From contig CAVYSW010000009.1 in the NCBI GenBank assembly GCA_963771275.1, positions 352,001 through 416,000 on the forward strand: 64,000 nucleotides of DNA. The letters run 5' to 3'. A program made the translations under genes and the position numbers. The notes under the pieces are model-generated. The model made no database searches and had not been told where the DNA came from. It saw only the letters and a program-made list of their open reading frames with translations. Source of the stretch: an uncultured Gemmatimonadales bacterium. Lineage in GTDB: Bacteria > Gemmatimonadota > Gemmatimonadetes > Gemmatimonadales > GWC2-71-9. This document shows, piece by piece, positions 48,722 to 56,596 of the stretch (positions are counted from its first letter, which is position 1; every line of letters begins with the position of its first letter).

Positions 48722-50509
48722 TCAGGCAGACCGGATCGCGACCTTCCCGTCACCCCCGATCAGCCCCCGCAGCGCCTCCTCCCCCACCGGCGGCTCGGCC
48801 AGCCGCGGCGTCACGTACACCCGTGCGGCGCGGTCGCGCACTGCCGCGATCGGCTCGCGCTCGGCCGCGGCCCGGCGGCGCAGGAGCCCATCGCGCGGGC
48901 CCGCCGCGGCGAGACTGCCGTTGATCACCCAGCCATGCGGCGTAATGCCGGCTCGCTCGAGATCCTCCGCCAGCGCCGCCGCTTCCAGCACCGGGGTCGT
49001 CTCCGCCAGCGTCACCAGCAGGATCTTCGTGTACTCGGCGTCCCGCAGCCGCATGAGCGGCGTCGTGACCCGCAGCGATTTCTCCTCGGCGTGGCGCAGG
49101 ACCTCCCGATGGTACGCGCCCGCCGCGTCGAGCAGCAGCAGCGTGTGCCCGGTGGGCGCCGTGTCCATGATCACCACCTCCCGCGCCGCCGCCGAGACAA
49201 GCCGCGAGAAGGCGTGGAACACCGCCACCTCGTCGGTACACGGCGAGCGCAGGTCCTCCTCCAGCAGGGCCCGGCCATCGTCGTCCAGCGTCGCGCCCAC
49301 GCGCTCGAGCACCTTGCGGCGATACGCCGCCGCCTCGGCCTCGGGATCGATCCGGCTGATGCGCAACCGCGCCCCGCCGTCTCCGACGGTCTCCGCCACG
49401 TGCGCGGCCGGGTCGGTGGTCGTGAGGTGCACGGCCACGCCCCGGGCCGCCAGCTCCACGGCCAGCGCCGAGGCGATGGTCGTCTTGCCGACCCCGCCCT
49501 TGCCCATCACCATGACCAGCCCGCGCCCGCGCGCCTCGAGCTGCGCGACGAGATCCTCCAGCGCCTCCGTGCCGGCGATCGCGGTCCCGCCGTCGTCGGA
49601 CCAGGGCACGACGACTGCCGCGTCGGGCCCGTCGGAGAGGAACGCACGGAGCGCCGGGAGCCCAACCACGTTGTCGGCGCGAAGCGGGACGTCGGTGCGG
49701 GGCAGCGCGGAAAGCTCCTCCGGCATCTGCTCCAAGGCCTCGCGGCCGGACGCCTCGATGGCCACGGCGAGCGGATCGGACCGATCCGTGGCCAGGAACA
49801 CGCCGTTCACCACCAGATGCTGGTTGCTGAGGCCCAGCGCCGCCAACTCGCCGCTGGTGCGCGCGGCCTCGGCCAGCGTCGCCCGTTCCGGACGGGCCAC
49901 CAGGATCAGCCGCGTCCGGTTCGCGTCGGCCAGCGCCGCCACCGCCTCGCGGTACCGGTCGCGCTGCATCGTGAGGCCGGACGCCGGCCCGAGGCAGGAG
50001 GCGCCACGCTCGTTGCTGTCGAGGAAGTCCGTCCACGCCGCGGGGAGCCGCAGCAGGCGCAGCGTATGGCCGGTGGGAGCCGTGTCGAAGATGACGTGGT
50101 CGAACTCGGCGGCGACGTCGCCCGTCAGCAGGCCGGTGAACTCGTCGAACGCCGCCACCTCCACCGTGCACGCGCCCGACAGCTGCTCCTCCATGCCCGC
50201 CACCGCGTCCGCCGGCAGCGTGCCGCGGTACGGGCCCACCACCCGCTCGCGGTACTGCCGCGCCGCCTCCTCGGGGTCGATGTTGAGTCCCCAGAGATTC
50301 GGCACGCCCGCCACCGCGGTGGGGGCCTGGCCAAGCCGCGTGCCGAGCACATCATCGAGGTTCGAGGCGGGATCGGTGCTCACGAGCAGCACCCGCTCAC
50401 CCTGCCCCGCCAGGCGTACGGCGGTCGCCGACGCCAGCGATGTCTTGCCGACCCCGCCCTTCCCCGTGAAGAAGAGGAATCGCGGCGCGTCCTCCATGAA
50501 CGGGGTCAT
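48722..50509 (-). CDS. arsA: Arsenical pump-driving ATPase
   Basis: Two GKGGVGKT, two DTAPTGHT, Cys in SGACT, SCLGP, SPCT. Confidence 0.96.
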   Translation of the reverse strand: MTPFMEDAPRFLFFTGKGGVGKTSLASATAVRLAGQGERVLLVSTDPASNLDDVLGTRLGQAPTAVAGVPNLWGLNIDPEEAARQYRERVVGPYRGTLPADAVAGMEEQLSGACTVEVAAFDEFTGLLTGDVAAEFDHVIFDTAPTGHTLRLLRLPAAWTDFLDSNERGASCLGPASGLTMQRDRYREAVAALADANRTRLILVARPERATLAEAARTSGELAALGLSNQHLVVNGVFLATDRSDPLAVAIEASGREALEQMPEELSALPRTDVPLRADNVVGLPALRAFLSDGPDAAVVVPWSDDGGTAIAGTEALEDLVAQLEARGRGLVMVMGKGGVGKTTIASALAVELAARGVAVHLTTTDPAAHVAETVGDGGARLRISRIDPEAEAAAYRRKVLERVGATLDDDGRALLEEDLRSPCTDEVAVFHAFSRLVSAAAREVVIMDTAPTGHTLLLLDAAGAYHREVLRHAEEKSLRVTTPLMRLRDAEYTKILLVTLAETTPVLEAAALAEDLERAGITPHGWVINGSLAAAGPRDGLLRRRAAAEREPIAAVRDRAARVYVTPRLAEPPVGEEALRGLIGGDGKVAIRSA

Positions 50510-50853
50510 GCGTGGTCGTGCCCAGCAACCGCCGGCGCCAGGCCCACGAGGGCCGCCAGCGCGGACCGCGCGGGATAGCCGCCGGACGCCACGACGTCCC
50601 CTCGCCAGAGCACGAGCGGCAGGGACGCCGTGCCCTGTTGCTGGAGGGTGCGCCGCACCACCGCGTTGGCGACGAACGCCTGCGCCTCCTGTGACAGGTT
50701 GTAGCGCCGCACGTCCACCCCGCGCGCGCGCAGCCATTCCAGGTCCGCGGCGAACCGCGGCAGCGCCGGATCCACCTCCACACCACAGACGCCGCTGGGG
50801 CAGCACATGGGCGGATCGAAGATCTCCAGTCGCTCCGGCTTCATACCTCCCAT
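50506..50853 (-). CDS. arsD: Arsenite metallochaperone
   Basis: FDP.MCC..GVCG..VD, RYNL, LP, YP.R. Confidence 0.93.
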   Translation of the reverse strand: MGGMKPERLEIFDPPMCCPSGVCGVEVDPALPRFAADLEWLRARGVDVRRYNLSQEAQAFVANAVVRRTLQQQGTASLPLVLWRGDVVASGGYPARSALAALVGLAPAVAGHDHA

Positions 50854-50867
50854 ACGTCCTTCCCTCC

Positions 50868-51632
50868 TCAGCCCGTGCGTCCCGGCGGCGCACCGCCGGT
50901 CCGGAGATAGTCCGCGAACTCATCGGGCAGATCGCTCGCCCGGATCCCCCTCGTCGCCCGCTCGAGGTCGTACTCCACGCGGACGAGTTCGGGTGTGGCC
51001 TTGCCATCCTCGAAATCGAGCAGGACGTATCCGGCCCGCCAATCGCCGTCCTTGGGCCGGCCCACCGAGCCGGTGTTCACGAAGTGGATCCCCTCGATCT
51101 CGCGATGCCAGGGCTTGTGCGTGTGTCCGAACGCGATCACGTCTCCAGGCCTGGCTCCGGCGATGCCCGCCATCCTGAGGCAGAAGCTGTCCGGCCGATC
51201 CTCGGTCCAGTAAACGGTATTGAGCGTGGGCGTACCGTGCACCAGGATCAGCGTGGCTCCCGACTGATGACCGCCCCCCAGGCGGACGTCCAGCCGGAAG
51301 GGGAGCGTCCTGAGGAACCGCTTCGTCTCGGCGTTCACGTGGCGGCGGGTCCAGTCGTAGCTGAGGTGCGACAGCTCCTCCTGGCGTGGATCCTCGTACT
51401 TGCAGCCGCAGTGCTTGTAGTCGGTGGCGACCGTCGAGTCGTAGTTGCCGGCGATCCCGGCAATCCCGGCGTCGCGCAGGAGGGCCACCGTCTCGTCCGG
51501 CCATGGCGCGTAGCCGACCAGATCGCCCAGGTGATAGGTGGCCGTGATGCCGTCCCTGGCCGCGAGGTCCGCGAGCACCGCCTCGAGCGCCGGGGCGTTG
51601 GCGTGGACGTCCGAGATGAGCGCGTACTTCAT
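50868..51632 (-). CDS. Metallophosphoesterase with CGC motif
   Basis: SDVHAN, GDLVGY, GNYD, HCGCKY, VHG.P, GHTH, N.GSVG.PKD. Confidence 0.9.
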   Translation of the reverse strand: MKYALISDVHANAPALEAVLADLAARDGITATYHLGDLVGYAPWPDETVALLRDAGIAGIAGNYDSTVATDYKHCGCKYEDPRQEELSHLSYDWTRRHVNAETKRFLRTLPFRLDVRLGGGHQSGATLILVHGTPTLNTVYWTEDRPDSFCLRMAGIAGARPGDVIAFGHTHKPWHREIEGIHFVNTGSVGRPKDGDWRAGYVLLDFEDGKATPELVRVEYDLERATRGIRASDLPDEFADYLRTGGAPPGRTG

Positions 51633-52702
51633 GCCGTCTGCTCCACGCCGTCGAACCAGTGCCTGGTCGCGACACAGACGTGGCACACCGACAGCATCAC
51701 GGGCACCTCCACGAGCACGCCCACCACGGTGGCCAGCGCGGCTCCCGAATCGGCGCCGTACAGGGCGATGGCCGTGGCCACGGCCAGCTCGAAGAAGTTG
51801 GACGCGCCAATCAAAGCACCCGGGGCGGCGACCGGATACGGCACCTTGAACAGCCGCATCAGCCCGTACGTGAGCGAGGAGTTGAAGTAGACCTGAATGA
51901 GAATCGGAATGGCGATCAACACCACGTGGAACCAGCGCGTCGTGATGTTCTCGGCCTGGAAGGCGAAGATGAGGACGAGCGTGGTGAGTAGGGCCAGCAC
52001 CGTGACCGGGGCGAAGAGCGCGACGTACCGGCCGTTGAACCACTCCACGCCCTTGCGGGCGATCAGCGTCCGCCGGCTGATCGAGCCCGCCGCGAGCGGG
52101 ATCACCACGAAGATGATCACGGAATAGAGGAGTACCTCGAACGGCACCTGGAGACCCGAGGCGCCGGACACGAGGAGCTTCACGACCGGCGCGAACGCGA
52201 CCAGCATGATGAGGTCGTTGACCGAGACCTGCACCAGCGTGTAGGCCGGATCGCCATCGGCCAGATACGACCACACGAACACCATGGCCGTGCACGGCGC
52301 CGCTGCGAGGATGATCACGCCCGCGATGTACTGGCTCGCCAGCTCTTGCCCGATCAGCGGCAGGAACAGGTGGCGGAAGAACAGCCAGCCGAAGAACGCC
52401 ATCGAGAAGGGCTTCACGAGCCAGTTCACGAACACGGTCACGAACAGGCCCCTGGGACGCTTGCCGACGTGCTTGATCGAGGCGAAGTCGATCTTGAGCA
52501 TCATGGGGTAGATCATGAGCCAGATCAGGACGGCGATGGGCGCGTTGATGTGGCTCCCCTCCCCGAACTCGAGCCCCCGGATCACGCCGACGAACCCGGG
52601 GAACGATTTCCCGATCACGACGCCGAGGACCATGCAGAGCGCCACCCAGAGGCTCAGGTAGCGCTCGAACACGTTCATCTGCTTGGCACCCTGAGCCGTC
52701 AT
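51629..52702 (-). CDS. acr3: ACR3 family arsenite efflux transporter
   Basis: FERYLS.WV, NWL.KPF.M, APCTAMV.VW, SNFFELAVA, LVEVPVML. Confidence 0.96.
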   Translation of the reverse strand: MTAQGAKQMNVFERYLSLWVALCMVLGVVIGKSFPGFVGVIRGLEFGEGSHINAPIAVLIWLMIYPMMLKIDFASIKHVGKRPRGLFVTVFVNWLVKPFSMAFFGWLFFRHLFLPLIGQELASQYIAGVIILAAAPCTAMVFVWSYLADGDPAYTLVQVSVNDLIMLVAFAPVVKLLVSGASGLQVPFEVLLYSVIIFVVIPLAAGSISRRTLIARKGVEWFNGRYVALFAPVTVLALLTTLVLIFAFQAENITTRWFHVVLIAIPILIQVYFNSSLTYGLMRLFKVPYPVAAPGALIGASNFFELAVATAIALYGADSGAALATVVGVLVEVPVMLSVCHVCVATRHWFDGVEQTA

Positions 52703-53118
52703 TCTCTGGCTCCCGCGGCATGAAGAATGGGTCGCGTAATGCCCAATTCGGCGAGGTCGAGGTCCAGCCGGCACAACTCGACGACATCCACCGCTCGAAG
52801 CTGGCGCAGCACCGCCGTGTCAGCGCGGACCATCGGGTCGGCGCGCAGCCTGGACCACACCTGCTCGAGAACCCCGACGGCGTCGGCTTGGTCACTCAGA
52901 CGGTAGTGCACCCAACGCCCTTCCTTCCGTTCCGCGATCAGACCTCCGCGCCTGAGCTCAGCCAGGTGGGCTGACACGGTGGAGGGGGAGAGATCGAGGA
53001 CCGCGGCAATCTGGCAGCCGCACAGCTCGCCGGGACGGAGCATCGCGAGAACGCGCAGGCGGGCGGGGTGCGCCAGGGCCTTGAAGGTCTGCACGAGGTC
53101 CGAAAGCGAAGCAGCCAC
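52699..53118 (-). CDS. arsR: ArsR family repressor of the ars operon
   Basis: FKALAHP.RL, ELCGCQI, STVSAHL, KEGRWV.Y; first gene of the acr3 operon. Confidence 0.88.
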   Translation of the reverse strand: MAASLSDLVQTFKALAHPARLRVLAMLRPGELCGCQIAAVLDLSPSTVSAHLAELRRGGLIAERKEGRWVHYRLSDQADAVGVLEQVWSRLRADPMVRADTAVLRQLRAVDVVELCRLDLDLAELGITRPILHAAGARE

Positions 53119-53127
53119 GATGACTCC

Positions 53128-53183
53128 ATTTCGTTACTTGGCCAACTGACGCATATTATGGACGCAGGTGAAACGGGAGTCAA
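53128..53183 (-). promoter_or_regulatory. Sigma70 promoter and probable ArsR operator of the ars operon
   Basis: TTGACT-N17-CATAAT (53183-53155) followed by TTGGCCAAGTAACGAAAT. Confidence 0.7.
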
Positions 53184-53480
53184 GGCCCGGCACACCAGCC
53201 GGCCACCCGGGCCGCGCCCGGTCCCACCCGTCACCACGGTCATCGCCATGACGCCGTCCGCGGGCAACCGGAAGCTCGCTGCCGTCCGGAGTCATCAGAG
53301 CCAGCGGCATCTCCAGACGGACACGCCCGCATCGCGCGCGCTCATTGTGGAAGCACCGGAACATTTCCACCGCGCGGCGCCTCGCGCCGACATGCGGACC
53401 CTCGAAACCACGCTCGAGGACCTGCTGCCGGCCCTGCGTCAAGCCGCACGTCACGGCCGCAGCCGTCAGGAAGCCCTCCG

Positions 53481-53942
53481 ATGACGACCCGCTCGTCGGT
53501 CGCGCCCTCGGTGGCGGCCCGCCGCTTCGGCGCGCTTGCCGATCCCACCAGACTGCGGATCGTCACCCTCATGGTGCAGGGGGAATGGTGCGTGTGCGAG
53601 CTGGCCTCGGCGGTCGGCCTCGCGCAGCCGCTCGCCTCGTACCACCTGAGGGCGCTGCGACGGGCCGGATTCCTCCACGTCAGGCGCGAGGGTCGCTGGC
53701 ACTACTACGCCTTGAACCGGGAGCAGTTCGAGGGGTGCCAGGCGTGGATTCGTAACACACTCGAAGGGATTGACGAATCCGCTCACCTCGGGCGGCGGTG
53801 CTGCAGCACTGGAGCAAGGCCCAACGTGCCTTCGGCACATGCCGAGGCTGTGGCCGACGTGATGCCGTTAGGACGGCGAGTCCCGACGAGAGACCCCTCC
53901 AGGGCACGGCGCCCCGACGCACGCGCCAGCACTGACAGCTAA
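53481..53942 (+). CDS. ArsR/SmtB family repressor
   Basis: ALADPTRL, CVCEL, QP..SYHL, EGRW..Y.L, C-terminal CC. Confidence 0.85.
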   Translation: MTTRSSVAPSVAARRFGALADPTRLRIVTLMVQGEWCVCELASAVGLAQPLASYHLRALRRAGFLHVRREGRWHYYALNREQFEGCQAWIRNTLEGIDESAHLGRRCCSTGARPNVPSAHAEAVADVMPLGRRVPTRDPSRARRPDARASTDS

Positions 53943-53950
53943 CTCCCGCC

Positions 53951-53966
53951 GTTACAACCTTGTAAC
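53951..53966 (+). promoter_or_regulatory. Pho-box-like repeat upstream of the GT4 operon
   Basis: GTTAC 53951 and GTAAC 53962 (11-bp period). Confidence 0.55.
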
Positions 53967-54010
53967 CGGCTCGTGGCCGGCGCTTGACGAGCCGGGCACA
54001 AGCTACATCC

Positions 54011-55162
54011 GTGCACATAGCCCTCGTCACCGACACGTACACCCCCCAGGTGAACGGGGTGACGACCGTCGTGCGCCGCATGGCACAGACGATCGCGCGC
54101 GCCGGCCATGCGTGCGCGGTGGTAGCGCCGCGTTACCCCGGTGACGGCGTCGCCCCTGCGCTGGAGCTGCGGCTCCCCTCCATTCCGTTTCCTCCGTACC
54201 CCGCGATCCGCCTCGCGCTGATGGCCGGCGGGCCGGTGAGGCGGTACCTCGATGCCTTCGGTCCGGACATCGTGCACGTGGCCACCGAGGGACCGCTGGG
54301 CCTCGTCGGTCGAGGCTACGCGATCCGCCACAAGCTGCCGCTCGTGACCGCGTTTCACACGGACTTCCCGGGGTACTGCCGTCACTACCGCGCCCCGGGG
54401 CTCGAGCCCGCGGTGTGGCGCTGGCTCCTGTGGTTCCACCGCCCGGCACGCCTCACCCACACGCCCGGCGAGTTCGTGCGGGACAGGCTCATCGCAAAGG
54501 GGATCCACCAGGCCGTGGTATGGGGACGCGGGGTGGACACAGACCACTTCCGGCCCGACCGCGATCGCGCCCCGTGGCGCTGGCGCCTCGGGCTGCCGGC
54601 GGGGGCGGCGCTCGTGCTTCACGTGGGGCGCCTGGCGCCGGAGAAGAATCTCGAGACGCTCTGGGAATCGTGGGCGATCGCGCACGCGGCGCTCGGCGCG
54701 CGCGCGCAGTTCGTCGTGGCGGGCGACGGCCCCACAGCGGCACTCGTCCGCAGCCGGATGCCGTGGGCCACCCACCTCGGCTTCCTCAACCGCGAGACCC
54801 TGGCCGACCTGTACGCCGCCGCCGACCTCTGCGTCCTGCCCTCCGCAACCGAGACCTGCGGCCTCGTGGCGCTCGAGGCCATGGCGAGCGGTGTGCCCGT
54901 CGTGGCCGCCGACGCGGGCGGCTTTCGCGAGAGCATCCGGCACGGCGTTACGGGCCTGCTCGCGCGGCCCAGGGACCCCGAGGCGCTCGCCGCCCACGTC
55001 ATCCACCTCGCCATGGAGCGGGAGCGTCGCCTCGCCCTGGCGGCGGCGGCGCGGCGCTTCGCCCTGTCGCGCAGCGCCGCGCTCGACGACGCATCCCTGC
55101 TGGTGCAGTACCAGACCATCCTCGGGCACGATCTCCCGAAGGGAAGCGAATGCGCCGCGTAG
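54011..55162 (+). CDS. GT4 family glycosyltransferase (lipid glycosyltransferase-like)
   Basis: TDTY.PQVNGV, HVATEGPLG, HTDF..Y, RGVD..F.P, VGRLAPEKN, ET.GLV.LEAMASG. Confidence 0.9.
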   Translation: MHIALVTDTYTPQVNGVTTVVRRMAQTIARAGHACAVVAPRYPGDGVAPALELRLPSIPFPPYPAIRLALMAGGPVRRYLDAFGPDIVHVATEGPLGLVGRGYAIRHKLPLVTAFHTDFPGYCRHYRAPGLEPAVWRWLLWFHRPARLTHTPGEFVRDRLIAKGIHQAVVWGRGVDTDHFRPDRDRAPWRWRLGLPAGAALVLHVGRLAPEKNLETLWESWAIAHAALGARAQFVVAGDGPTAALVRSRMPWATHLGFLNRETLADLYAAADLCVLPSATETCGLVALEAMASGVPVVAADAGGFRESIRHGVTGLLARPRDPEALAAHVIHLAMERERRLALAAAARRFALSRSAALDDASLLVQYQTILGHDLPKGSECAA

Positions 55163-55980
55163 CCATCGTCCTGGTGGACGGCCTTCGACCCGACGCGGTC
55201 GCGCTCGCCCCGATGCCGGCATTGGACCGGCTCGGCAAGGACCATGTGCGCGCCCTCGGCGCGGCCACCATCCGGCCGAGTGCCACCGTGGCGGCGCTCG
55301 CGACGTTGGCCACCGGCCTGAGCCCCGCCGCTCACGGCCTGATGGAGCCCGGGCTGCACTTCCTCCGACGGCTCGGCGGACTCCGGCCCCTTCCCGCCGA
55401 GCTGGCGCGGCACGCCCTCCCGACCACCGTCGTCACTACCCGCTTGCCGGGCCCGGCTCTCGCGATCGCGCAGGCACTCACCGCATTCGCGGGAATCCGT
55501 CACTTCGTCGCTGCTGGCCGGACGGCGCTCGAGACGGCGCTCACCGCCCGGGAGTGCTTCGAACGGATGGACGCCGGGCTGTTGTTCGTCTATCTCCCGG
55601 ACTGCGACCGCACCGGCCACCGTGCCGGCTGGATGTCCTCCGCGTACCTGCGGAGCGCCGCCGACGTCGATGGCGCCCTCGACCTGTTCACCCAGGGGCT
55701 CGGCGACGGGACCGTCTTCGTGCTCGCCGACCACGGCGGTGGCGGCGTGTATCCCCGCGACCACGACCTGCCGCACCCGGCGAACGACCACATTCCGCTC
55801 GTCGTCGCCGGTCGCTCGACCCGCCGGCGCTGCGTGCTCCCCGAGCCGGTGTCCATCCTCGACGTCCCGGCCACCGTGCTCTGGCACCTCGGCCTCGCCG
55901 TCCCGGAGACGTACGAGGGACGCGTGCTGCGCCACGCCTTCCTCGCGACGTCACTCGGGGCAGAGGTAGCCGCGGCATGA
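55150..55980 (+). CDS. Cytoplasmic alkaline-phosphatase-superfamily (NPP-like) phosphodiesterase
   Basis: VDGLRPD, PSAT, D..GH, ADHGG; no signal peptide. Confidence 0.8.
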   Translation: MRRVAIVLVDGLRPDAVALAPMPALDRLGKDHVRALGAATIRPSATVAALATLATGLSPAAHGLMEPGLHFLRRLGGLRPLPAELARHALPTTVVTTRLPGPALAIAQALTAFAGIRHFVAAGRTALETALTARECFERMDAGLLFVYLPDCDRTGHRAGWMSSAYLRSAADVDGALDLFTQGLGDGTVFVLADHGGGGVYPRDHDLPHPANDHIPLVVAGRSTRRRCVLPEPVSILDVPATVLWHLGLAVPETYEGRVLRHAFLATSLGAEVAAA

Positions 55981-56405
55981 TGCGCCTGCTCACGCATCTG
56001 GGCGGAGCCCGGACAACGTTGGGGATCGGGCTGGCCCTGGTTCTGCTCGGAGATCGAACGGTCGGGCTCGCGGTCTTGCTCGCCAACGCGGCGTCGCACG
56101 TCGTCGTGCAGCTGCTCAAGCGTCTGGTGGCGCGCCCGCGGCCCTGCGACGGTTTCGGCCGGCCCCTGGCCCTGGTCGCGCTGCCGGACCCGTTCTCGTT
56201 TCCCTCCGGGCACGCCGCCGCGGCCACGGCCGTGGCCGCCACGGTGGCCTTCGCCCATCCACTGCTCGCCCCCGTGGTCCTCCCCCTCGCCGCGCTCGTC
56301 GCCGCGTCCCGGGTCACGCTACGCGTGCATCACGCGGGCGACGTCGTGGCCGGCGCGCTGCTCGGGCTGGCGGGGGCGCTCCTCGCCATCCGGCTCCTCC
56401 TCTAG
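55977..56405 (+). CDS. PAP2 family phosphatase
   Basis: K......RP, SFPSGH, SR.....HH..DV. Confidence 0.9.
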   Translation: MMRLLTHLGGARTTLGIGLALVLLGDRTVGLAVLLANAASHVVVQLLKRLVARPRPCDGFGRPLALVALPDPFSFPSGHAAAATAVAATVAFAHPLLAPVVLPLAALVAASRVTLRVHHAGDVVAGALLGLAGALLAIRLLL

Positions 56406-56445
56406 CTCCGGGAGTCCATCTCTCCACAACCCGGAATGTGGAGTA

Positions 56446-56494
56446 CTGACAGGGTCGTTACGGACTCGCGCTACGCGCGTCATGCAATCGTTAC
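56446..56494 (+). promoter_or_regulatory. Pho-box-like repeats upstream of the TonB-dependent receptor
   Basis: CTGAC 56446, GTTAC 56457, GTCAT 56479, GTTAC 56490, all in 11-bp phase. Confidence 0.55.
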
Positions 56495-56596
56495 GGCCGG
56501 CACCGAGGCTTCCCTTGCTCGGCCGGCGCGCACGCGTGGGGCCTGCCCGCCGCCGAGCCCGAGATCACCTGCGGGCCCCAGGGACGCGACACACGT

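Noticed and set aside
48561..51890. 1109-aa plus-strand ORF and similar long ORFs (56480-58858, 22279-24345, 29584-31614)
   Set aside because: Antisense shadows of well-supported genes in GC-rich DNA
53248..53484. Short ORF overlapping the start of the third ArsR
   Set aside because: No recognisable domain; cannot be supported from sequence alone
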